Assembly: GCF_026571515.1 (NCBI RefSeq)
Contig: NW_026857342.1
Coordinates: forward strand, 186,001 to 250,000
DNA length: 64,000 nucleotides
Reading direction: 5' to 3'
DNA from: Ruditapes philippinarum
Taxonomy: Eukaryota
A program made the position numbers and the translations under genes. Under the pieces are notes generated by a model. It was given only the letters and a program-made list of their open reading frames with translations. It did not search any database and was not told the origin of the DNA. Shown here one piece after another: positions 11,966 through 23,630 of the stretch (the first letter of the stretch is position 1; every line of letters begins with the position of its first letter).

Positions 11966-12959
11966 AGGCCAGTCTGAAATTTCATTTTATAGTGTGAAAT
12001 TTTAAGGGTTTTTTTCAAAATTTTTAAGTTATTTTTGGTTGCTTTGAACTTCTTCTCCTACGCAACTGTCCTCAATACTGCTTTTAAGACAATAAACTAG
12101 AAATTGATATGGAGTGTAATACAAATTGAAATTCTTCTTTGCTTCCTCGTGTATAGACTATTTATAATAATTATAATTCATTAAGATATACCTACAATTA
12201 CATTGTATTTTCGTATGTCATGTATGTGGGGAATCAAAGGCAGTTCAGAAATTTCACCTAATGATCACAGATGTTTAAAAACCCAACTGTATAATTTCTA
12301 ATTTGACAATTTTATTTAAACAGACTTAAATGCAGTATGATCTTATGTCGGACATCATAAACTATCTAATTTCTAAGTAAGGTTATCAGAATTTCCTTTT
12401 TACATTTTATTTTTAATGCTGAAATATTCGTGACTGTGTGAATATAAGAGTTATTCCTGCAATAATTCACACCAATAACATAAACAAATTGTATTCGATT
12501 GCCACCGATACCTGTGTTACACCATGAAATGTCACAATTTTACCATGACACCGCTTCCAATATGGCCGCTTTCAATAATTTTCAACGATTTAAAAAAATA
12601 AAGTGGAATATTTAGACTTCTGTTTGACTTTGAAGTATGATAATTTGGAACCTTACATAAAAAACGGTCCTCTTTCAGGTAATGTAGGCTGTTTCTTTAA
12701 AACTTTTCTAGTTTTCGCTCCCAACAACTTCTAATTGGGAACCTTGAAACAATGTATATACAAAATGTTGAGATTTCCTGACTAAGGTACAAAATTATAA
12801 ATAATGTTTCATTAAAGAGTTCAAAATATCATGAGACAGAATTTTTTCTTATGTTTTTTTTTCTTATTTTTATTTTATTTGACACTCGTTATATAATTCC
12901 ATTTGTAATATCTCTATGAAAAATCCTATTAAATGAGAGTTGTCTTGTATGATATAAAA

Positions 12960-13085
12960 TATGATAAACAAGATCAACAAGGAAAGGAGGCATTCAATGA
13001 ACGCAACCCCCACCCGACCCAGCAACAAGAGCCAGCGGCAAGGAGCTTAAGAGGACCTCAAACAAAAACAGGACAGGGCACAATG
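12960..13085 (-). mobile_element. PLE-like 3'-terminal fragment (paralogue of 10100-10240)
   Basis: AAACAAGATCAACAAGGAAAGG..CATTCAATGAACGCAACCCC..AAACAAAAACAGGACAGGGC is the reverse complement of the 10100-10240 segment. Confidence 0.6.
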
Positions 13086-16000
13086 CAGAAAAAAACTAAT
13101 AAAAACTAATCATCATGATCAACTTGCTTTATGATTGCTGCTGTTTTCATTTGAGATCAAACGCATTTTTGTTTCAGATATGACTTGTAGCTTAAGATGC
13201 TATTGAAATTTATTTCTTTTCTAAGACAACATTAGATAAAATAACAAAACAAAAAACAAGGACAACGCTTAATTGCCACCGTACAACAGTTAAATTGTAT
13301 GGCACAAATAATATGTACATGTTGCAATTTATAATGCAACCATTTAAAATTAAAAATCTTTTTGTACCTTAACAATCAGTCTTTGAATGTTCTGAAACAT
13401 TTAACCGATATCTTGTGCTTCATCATCTTTTTATCCTTTTTTGAAATGAGGTAATATTATTTTACGCATTTTTTCTAGATAAGATTGTTCGATAAGAATA
13501 TAAATCTGGTTAATTATCATGAAACATTCCATTATCAAGGTATAAAATCATCTGAACATGACATAAATAACTGAAAAAGATACGGAAAAATCGTTACGTA
13601 TTTTATAGATATTTGTGTTCAATATGCATTTGACTAGGATTTACGTCAATGTGCAAATAGCCTTGAATGTCGAGACATCAACCATAAGGTTATTTCACAG
13701 TTAGCTATTATATATTTAACATTTTAGAATTCAATTGAATATCTTGAACTAAAGAATATAGCTGACTCGAATACCTTAAAAAGAATGATATACAAGGTGG
13801 AATTGATTTAATAAAATTAAAATTTCTCTCCATCGAATCCTTTTTCTTTTCTTTATAAAAAAAACTTAAATAATGCGCGAGGCTTTATCTGATACACCTG
13901 GCTAAAAGACCCTCAAAATTTCCTATAAAGTAACGACTTAAAATACTATCATTTGATACTTGATTTGCATTCATACTCGAAAATTTTATTTGAATACATG
14001 TCATAAGATGTTGTTGATCTTTTTCTTAAGAAAATGTGATTTTAGAATGCTTTTAACTTTTTGAATGTGCACTTAACATAAAAAAATCATAATATTATGC
14101 AGTTTATTTTTTTGCTTCGGATACAAGCTATATAAATGCAATATATATACAGCTGTTCATTTCAAAGGAATTCTCAAACACAATACATCTACAATTAAAA
14201 TAAATATAGCGATATAAGTCAGAACAAGTTTATATCTTGATATATCAAGATTTATTTGTTCCGGATACATTTTCATATTATATAATGAATACAATGAACA
14301 GCTTTATTTCACTCATCTTAAACTACATGTATAATATATAGCCATACTACGATGTTTATATGTTAAACCATTTGTACCAGAGAATAAAGATGTTAGGTTT
14401 CTTTATTTTCTTTCATGCGTTCTATTTCATAATTTTGTACTGTAACAGTAGTGCTTAAAAATAAGAACTTATAGGTACTGGAATTTTTATCGCTTGGTTA
14501 CGACGACACCATAAACATATTGTTAAAATATCGAATTTCCGTTTGTATTTATTTATGGTTGTTCGATGATATAAAAGGAACTTTACTAAAAACATTTCCC
14601 TAAAAGAAACAACTTTATACTGGAAACACATTTTAATAAACCTGCTAATTAATTAATTATAAATATTTATTCCTTACTAATACACAAATATTTACATGAT
14701 AATAAAGCTAGGGTTGTATGTATCGTGTAGCAAGATATAATAATTTCAAAAATATTCGTTAAACAGTCGCCTAGTACAACACATTTGAATATTTGTCACA
14801 TGTAAGATATTTCCGGGATCAATATCAATTTCTTTATGCTTTAAAACATCTCTTGTCCTTAAATGCCTTTAAATAATTTGCTTTATGTCAACATACAAGA
14901 AATACTTTAATTGATCATTTTCTTTAATAGCACACTGTTTAAACAGTTAAAGCTCGTTCATCCTCGTAATGATACAATTTTAGCGCAAATACTCCTTAAA
15001 GCGGTAATTACTACACCGCAACAAATTGATTTGTTTAAAATGAACGTCCAAACAGGAAGTTTTGCTCAGAAAAATAAACTGTCGCTTGTAACAAAGATTA
15101 CAATTTTTACGTCTCATGTTCATTCTCTCAGCAAGCAGGTAAAATAAATCTTGAATGTCACAAAGCGCATTGTTTTCGTCATTTATTTCATTAAATTAGG
15201 ATGGTTTTCGTCGTTTAAAACATTTTGATACCATAAATCATGCATTAGTAGTCAAAAGAAAAAACGCATAAAACAATTTACCCTTACATACGGCAATGAA
15301 TGATTTGAAGTGATATCAAATTATCTTATTATATTACAATTTTATTAACTTGTATTTTATTTCTTTAAATGCGTCATATCCTGAAATATATTGTAAATAT
15401 TACAAATATAAATGAATGTGTATATTTTGTCTAATCAATTATATAATAATATTATGAAAACAAAATATTGCAGAAATGATATCACATTTCAGAAATACAA
15501 TTTCTGTGCTGACATAAAAATAACGTTATTATATTCTGGTGACTAATCAAATAAAGAAAGGATCAAAATATGTAGTTTCATTGGCATGCAATTTACCAAA
15601 TAACCAAAGTGTCCTGAAATACTTTTTTATGAAATACCAGACATAAGTCACAAGTATTTAGATATAACTTTTAACACATCACTACATATTATATAATGAA
15701 GTGTTGTTTTTTCCCCTCAAATATTGGATATCCTAAACTAGGGGCACAATCAGAGATTGATCCCTTAAACAGAAACATATTTAAATCCATCGTTTCCAGA
15801 TAAAACAGAAAAATACATCATTTTTAACGTTTTGTTGTTTGGTATACTATCAATTAAAAGTCTTTTTTTTCAGTTTTCCATTTTTTAACCCTTATTTTTT
15901 CAGTACAAATGTTCCGTAAATGAACACAAAACATCAAGACAGTATTAAGAGACAATTTGCCCGTTTAAAATTATTACAACAATTCTAGAGCATTATTTTC

Positions 16001-16209
16001 TACAAGTTAGCAGAAGTGCGTCTGCTACATCAGATGTTTAATGACTTTTTAACACATGAAACAAAAATAAACATTATCTATATGGTCGTATAACATAAGG
16101 CATCGGGAATGACAATAAAACATAGACAAAGCGTCCGGAGGTCTAATGCATGACAATAAAACAGTGCCATGTAGATCATGAAATTGATTTCCCATATATT
16201 TTGGTGCAA

Positions 16210-16317
16210 TAGAGTGAAATAAGAATCCCTAAAGAAAGCCCAACACGGCAAAACAGAAAATGTTGCAGGCTCGGTTTGATTGAGCCTGTTCATGGACGGT
16301 ATTGTTAAGTGCAAACT
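16210..16317 (-). mobile_element. Structured short retroelement, family 1, 5'-truncated
   Basis: Interrupts the motif GGTGCAAGACACAGAT, which is intact at ~47765 and ~55657; AA duplicated at the junctions. Confidence 0.8.
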
Positions 16318-19300
16318 AAGACACAGATAAAGTGGTGTGCAAAAATCGCGTCAAGGCCATGTTCTAGATTAAGGCTTACTCAAGTACTCATGTTTAAGTG
16401 TCATCATTAGTTAAGTTATGCTATAAACACTTCATTACAAAATAACAGCCTATTATTACCAGGGTCTTGTACTTCTTTGTTTGGTTTTTAATTACACTGT
16501 AATGAATGCACCACTTTTGAGTAAGCCATTGAGATTTTTCTTTTCAATTGACATATTACTATCTGATAGTATTTTGAAACATTTGAGAATATTTACGGAT
16601 TACAAACAGCCAGCTTCTTCATAACTAAGGACCTAAACCATCCAAACATCGAAATTTATGAATTATATGCAATAGAAAGTAATCAACAATCAATACCAAA
16701 TTTTTGTTGTTTGTTTCCATGATGAAACGGCGTATACGACTAATGGCTTCCTGATATCATAGCGACAGATCGGTCCCAGACCAAATAAAAAAGAGGGGGG
16801 AATAAAACTCTAAAACACATCTTAAACGGTAAAATTTAATGCTAACATTCCGATCTGTCTTTGCATGGAAATCTAAGAACTAACATGTGCAAATTAACCA
16901 GTTTTACTTCGGTCGAGTATCTATTTTTAAAGATACGTCTTGTTTTTCTTATATTAACTTAATTTATTTTTATTTCATTTATTTATGACAAATTAAATGA
17001 TAAACTTTTGCAGCTTATTATTTTAGCAATTATATTATTTTAACAATTATAATGATGACTGACCTGTAACTGATGATAAAAATAACTAGCATAAAATAAA
17101 AAGACTGCCCTACTCTTTTTTAAAATTGAACTGTACCGATACATTTAGCACGATATTTATAGACATTTCCGTGGGTCAGGTTGATTATTTATTATTTTTG
17201 CTAGTACAATATTATTTTAACACAATTATTGCAAAAGAAAAATTAGATTGACTTGAACTTGTGCATTCATCATTGATACGTGGATGAGCAATATGTCACT
17301 TTAATTGGTGGATGAAGACCTCGTAAGCCTCCCCTACCCCGTGTGTAATTAGGCACGTTCAGGTACATAAGTAGTACTACTATGTATGTAAAGATAAAAG
17401 ATTGACATGACAAAACAGATTCTGGTAAGCTGCTTTGAACACGCTTGCAGCTTAGCTTCCTATTGTCAATCTCATTCTAATTTTCGTCATAACAAAATTA
17501 GTGAAAAAGGATTAAATCCAAAAATGAAAATTTTGTTTTATACAATAATCAATTAAAATGATAAAACGTTAGTACCTTTACTTCTTTTTTGAGTATGAAG
17601 GATTTTAAATTGTAGATTCAAGTTTCGATATCAACTTTTTAAACTTTTTGAAAGATATACTTCCTTAACAGAATAAATTTTTCGTTAACACAGTATGTAT
17701 ATATAATAGACAATGTAATAAGTATGAGAATGACCGGAAGCATGTGGGAAATTTACAATCATGATTGTATCTCAAAAACGAAAGATCTTGTATGATAATT
17801 ATGATCTTGTATTGAACATGCATAATACTAGCAATCATTACGCCGGGCAAACGCTTCTAAAATACGATTTCAAACGTTAAGGTATTCCTTAATATTTTGC
17901 CGTCAGTTTATTACTTGCCCTAAACTGAATAATAAGCAATGTTTTATCTCAGACTGATAATCTGGGCTAAGAAATCCTCGTGAGTACTCGAAATTTCATA
18001 AAATTACAACACTTAATACAAACATTTGACGCCATTGTGGCAATCATATTTTATATTTTCAATGAAACATATCATTACATGCTGCTAAAACTACCTTTCA
18101 GAGAAGGCTGTTTTAGAAATTATTATATAAAGAACTTGTTTTACACCATCATTGGTATTTTGTTTAAACAGAAGCTACTTAAATGCAACATGAGGTTATT
18201 AAATTAAAACGAAAAACTCAAACGCTCTGTAGAAAAACAAATCACATTGTCATGTTAGCCCAGGAAAAGTTTCCATAAAATCCCAGAATATACTTTGGAT
18301 ATTTTGTTTTACATACATAATGCAATCAATCCAATTTTCATTTGAATAGTTTCGAACTTTTAATTATTATAGATATTTACTAAAACATTTACTTTTGACG
18401 CTAGATTATCAAACGGGTAATATGTGTAGTTTATTTGAATTTCTTTTGCATTTTTATTTACTAAATATGTATGTATATGTTATTATAGAAGTATTTATTA
18501 AATGTAGTCCTAGTGCTGTTTGGCACGAATATGATAGTTTGGATGAAAATATTATATTCAAATGCAATTAAGAAAGTCTGTTTTGCTAACCATACTGTAT
18601 GGTACAAGTAATCCACTGTTTCAATATTTTCAAAGAGACACAAGGTAAGTAAATGGTATCAAAACTATAGGCAGTATAATAAATGAGTAAATGTGCTTAT
18701 TAAATAACATTATATAAGGTATCCACATAAAAATAATTTAAAGTTTCTCTTGTAGTAGTTATACAGTAAATCAAATAAATTTCCCACTTGTGTTTATATC
18801 TTGTCATGAAATGCGCCAGTACCAATTTAAGAGCATTATTTTCAGCAAGTTTGCTGAATGTATGTCTGTAACGTAGGAAGTTAAATGAGCTTTGAACACA
18901 TCAAACAAAGATTACCATATGTTGTATCATTAATGAAAGTTACAGAGAATGAAACATAGATTAAGCATCCAGAGGTCTAATGCATGACAATGAAACAGTT
19001 CTATAGAGATAACAATATTGATTTGCCATATACTTAAGTGCCAGAAATAGATACAGTGGTGTGCATATCCGTCTTAGAAATATTCTTAATACAGGTACTT
19101 ATAAAATTACCCATTTGTCAGTGACATCTTTTTTATCGTATCAAAGAAACATCTTTACTGTTATTGAACGGAAAATGTGTAACGTTTGCTGTTTCTTATT
19201 AAAGACTTTAAAAAATGTTTAATTTGAAATATATAATTTATATAATAATTTTTATTCTATTGCTATATAATGCTATATTTGCTAACAAATATGGTACCTG

Positions 19301-19550
19301 ATCTTACTACATGGTAAGAGTATTTAGTATTGGACAGACAAGACCAGCCAATATAATTTTGAGGAAGTTGAATAACATGGAAAACACTTATTTACGTAAA
19401 GGTCTTAGACTGCGTCCTTCTTTTTTTACTTTTTGCTCTTTTTGTTGTTACATTTCATCGTATTATTTTAGTTTATGTGCTTACATAGACATTTAAAAAC
19501 TGAAATAACCTCAGCTTTGTTATTCTTATTAACAAACTAAAGCTGGTTTT

Positions 19551-19712
19551 AGTACCGCTCAAGCCGGTGCTAGGGGGCGTGAGGGATGTTGCGCATATTC
19601 ATTATCCCTCATGTACAGACTCAATCAAAGCGAGTCTGCAATTTTCTTGTAATATTGTTGTGATTAATGCTTCCGAGGGATCACTTTCCTTCAGATCTTT
19701 GCATTTTGTATT
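19551..19712 (+). mobile_element. Structured short retroelement, family 2, 5'-truncated
   Basis: Reverse complement of ~21310-21453; absent from the paralogous positions near 29975, 49920 and 60345. Confidence 0.8.
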
Positions 19713-21302
19713 GAAAAATCCTTAATAACCTAATTACAGTCCAATATTCAATATAACATTTATGATATTTAATTATCACGACACTGATTTGAAAGTCATA
19801 TAAAAAAAACCTCATATTTGAAGACGTATAAGTGTCTAACAATTATATTACTTTAATGGGTTCAAAAGTTTCAAATCAATGCAATAATTATAAATGTTCA
19901 ATGTTTTTCATTTGGCGCCAGTAAAGCAATTACACCTGCAACAACTCATTTTAAGATATCATTAGCTGAGATTTTTCGCATTCAAGAAAGAAAAACATGA
20001 TTGAAGGCTTGATGTTTACATTTGTGTTGATTCCCTCTTTTTTGGCCATTAATGAAATACAATAAAATTATATCAAATTATAGGCAAATGAGTTCATCTC
20101 AATATTTCCTTAAAGATTTGAGAAAACTTCTAAAGACTGTTTTTAGTTGTTATTTATTCTTCTTAAATAATAGTTTTAATGTGCAGGTATTTTAACAAAC
20201 ACTTTCCGTTTTTATTGCCTATTTATATTAGAAATAATAGACAGAATCACCTCAGTAGCTTACGAACAAAATGATCTAAGAACCAAACATATTTAATGTT
20301 TCATAAATGTGTCAATTCACCCACTTTTCATAACTAAAAGTAACCTTTTTGAATTAATATTTGAGGACAGTTAATATGAGTTGTTGATTGTTGTTGTTGA
20401 TGGTGTTGTTGTTTAGATTCTTAGTAAGGTGTTAATTTTGACAACATATATGAATGCAAAACTTGAACAAAAGAAGAAGGCAGCAACTATGTCACGTCCA
20501 GCCTCTTGAGTACTCCTCTGAGTAATTTGACATGGCTGGAAAGAATATCCTTAAAAAAAATTGATACCATTTGATGAAAATCTAGACAAATAACTTATGC
20601 GCTTAATTGTAGATCATAAAAAAAGTTTTTTTTGAAATGTGTATAATTATCTTAAAAACATGCTAAACGTTTAAACGAGTTTATTTTATATGTGACAAAG
20701 TTTTATGTTTTATTAAATGTTGTAGATGTTATTATTTTTTGTTATAAAATTGAACTAGTTTTCTATCATTTTTTCGAATGTGAATCTGATTCAGTAAACT
20801 TTTGTAATATTGATCAAAATGTCAGTTAAAAACGAAGTTCAATTACCATGTATTTGAAATGTAATCTGCTACGATTTGTCGCAAGAAATAAGTATGAATC
20901 AGTTATGATCATTTATAAAGATTTGTCAAAGAAATGAAGACAAATGAAAAACGATTTATCCTACCATTACTTAATTATATCCCAGCGATTTAATTGTGCG
21001 ATTTTATACCATGACACAATCTAAACTGTTCAATGAAATACAGGATATTAAGAGATTATTCCGTTAGAACACGCCGATTAAATAAATAATGGCGACAATT
21101 GATCATGCAATCAATCTATAACAAAACCTTCTTGATAATACATAATGCAATAGTTAATCTCTCGTTCCCAAACAATACATTCTTATGAGACGTTATTCGA
21201 AATTTTAAACGGTAACAGAGTTCGCACTTTCTTAACCTGTGCACAAGTTATATATACTTGTAATATTTTGTCCTTGTATGTACATATTTTTAATCGTAAA
21301 CG

Positions 21303-21656
21303 AAAATTCTGGAAACAAAGTGATCCCTCGGAAGCATTAATCACAACAAAATAATATAAGAATTGCAGACTCGGTTTGATTGAGTCTGTACATGAGGGAT
21401 AATGAATAAGTGCAACATCCCTCACGCCCCCTAGCACCGGCTTGAGCGGTACTCAATTCTCAACACTTTATAGTGCTGGCATCAATGATCCCGAAGAACC
21501 AGAAAATATAACAACACTGAAGTGAAGTACGGGGCAACTTTTTACGGCTGCCACACGGCACTTGACACCTGCTGTTGTGAAGTACAAAATTCTGGAAACA
21601 AAGTGATCCCTCGGAAGCATTAATCACAACAAAATAATATAAGAATTGCAGACTCG
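21303..21656 (-). mobile_element. Structured short retroelement, family 2: 283-nt monomer plus 71-bp terminal direct repeat
   Basis: 21303-21373 is identical to 21586-21656; empty site ATCGTAAACAAAGTCTATGAG in the paralogue at ~33572. Confidence 0.85.
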
Positions 21657-22396
21657 AAGTCTATGAGTTCTTGAAAATATGCATTAAAAACTAAAGACAG
21701 ACCTATTAGTTTGATACATTGACTACATGTTTTGTTTATTGCATTTTACGATATACTGTCATCAAGGGGGTCATACTATGCGCGCACATCCTCAAAATTC
21801 TGATACCGCGAACACTTTTTAAACAGGTATTTTGAACAAAAACGAGTCATGTAAAGCAATCTGAATAGATTTGAATTTAATTTCTTTTGCAAAGAAGATG
21901 TCCTTACTTCTAGTTTTAATATTCCAGATATCTTGACTTCCCTTTCTTGTCAGTATTTCGCGTTGAATGCGATTTTGATTCTGAATAGTGCGTACACCCG
22001 GCGTTGAAATGTTACAGAAATTGAGAAATTGTCGATTAAACTGAAAGTTTCACACAACTGGAAGGTGTTTATTGTAGAACCTGTTTCATAAATATATTTT
22101 CAATCTTTGTTATATTTCCTTTGTACGAATAATGTCTTAAAACGAACTTTTTACAGGATACAGACATTATGATACTGCGAACACTCTAAAAAAAATCAAG
22201 ATACTGCGTACACAGTCAATGATAAAGAATTTGCCTAAATAGCGGCAAAGCGGTTTGCTGTATGCTTTATATAAAACCTAATTCTATTTACGTCTATCAC
22301 AGTTGGAAGATTTATTTTCCTAAGTTAAGTTAACTACGTAGAATATGTTTCAAATTGTGCACACGTTTTAGTTTTCTGATAATTACTATACTTTAA

Positions 22397-22731
22397 AGCT
22401 GCATGCCTCCAGATGAGTAAAAATGTTTCAATAAAATCATACTTGAAAAATATATAGATCTACTACGATTTTGGGAAAAGTAATTGATTCAAGTAAAATT
22501 TTACATGTTATGTGCGGTTAATGACTGACTTTTAAATATTTACAACTATAGTTTTACTGCGTTACTTACGCAGTAAGGGCTATCTATGCATAATTTGACA
22601 ACTTTATGGTAATTTACGTTGTTTATAAGTGCCATTGATGATGTGCAAATTGCTTCCTTTTGGTTATTTCACAATATTATACATTTTCAAACTTTTCTTG
22701 AAAATTAGCGTAAATCTGGAGGCGTACTGCT
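22397..22731. mobile_element. MITE with TTAA TSD (Kolobok-like)
   Basis: TIRs AGCTGCATGCCTCCAGAT / AGCAGTACGCCTCCAGAT; TTAA on both sides; single TTAA empty site in the paralogue at ~45034. Confidence 0.85.
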
Positions 22732-23354
22732 TTAAACTTAGTTTGGTATCAAAACATAATAATGTTAAAATCCTAATAGGCATGCTCATGTTCTATAACT
22801 GTTCCATGCCATTTTGTGAAGCCTTTCCTTTGCAATTTTGAGATGTAATGATATAATTTACAATGTTAACTTCAAGAGAAATATACTTGTGTCAACATGA
22901 CATTCCATTTAATAAATGTGCATGCCTTTTGTGTGTCTCTTTCTTGAATTAAGAACAAATTGCATTGAGAATTATCACCATAATGCCTTTTGAAGGACCT
23001 CCAATCTGAGATTAAAGATTAAACAATAACAGATTTAACTTGTTTTCAATTGTTATTTTATTCTAATATGATGATAGTATGCAATATAATTATGTAACAA
23101 ATTTCCCCCAGGTGTATTTTCTTTAAATTTTATTTACGACTTTGTCAAAAGTTAGATTGTAAAATACAATTAACATGATAAGATATATAGATAATTTCAT
23201 AAAATATTGAAATGTATGATAAAGTTGCAGTTAAAATATCTTGTGTTTTGTCAAATATATATTATATATATCTTATGAATCAGACTTGATCAAAATAGAC
23301 AAGTAAATAATTCAAACAGCAAATTAAACAAAATGAAGAACGATTTCAAAAGCA

Positions 23355-23630
23355 TGTTGCAGCTGTAAAACGTTGGCCCGTATTTCACTGAAGTTTTATT
23401 TTTCTGATTTTTCAGGATCATTGATTCCAGCACATTAAGAGTTTGAGATAAAATACTACTTTTGAAAACCCATTTAGACCGTTACTTTTAAATACCCATT
23501 AAGGGGTGAATGAAGGATGTTGCATTTTCCCACCATCCCTCATAAATGATCTGAATCAAACCGGATCTGCAATTTTCATTTAATTTTGTTGGTTTTATTG
23601 CTTACCAGGGACTTCAATTTTCAAGACTGC
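23355..23630 (+). mobile_element. Older, diverged copy of the family-2 monomer (paralogue at ~45636-45890)
   Basis: Shares GCAGC.GTAAAA.GTTG.CCCG, GGATCATTGAT.CCAGCAC and the GATGTTGCA...ATCCCTCAT...AATCAAACCG..TCTGCAATT core. Confidence 0.7.

Noticed and set aside
17700-18200. Minus frame with many TGA codons suggesting genetic code 4 (bacterial or organellar insert) or Sec recoding
   Set aside because: TAA/TAG stops also occur, the peptide is unrecognisable, and TGA frequency is compatible with AT-rich non-coding DNA.
21432-21453. AGCACCG...CGGTACT hairpin resembling a tracrRNA or Fanzor omega-RNA scaffold; dispersed copies as a guide-RNA array
   Set aside because: No RuvC/TnpB/Fanzor ORF in the window; the 5'-truncation series and terminal redundancy fit retroposition. 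Resemblance is limited to one short hairpin.
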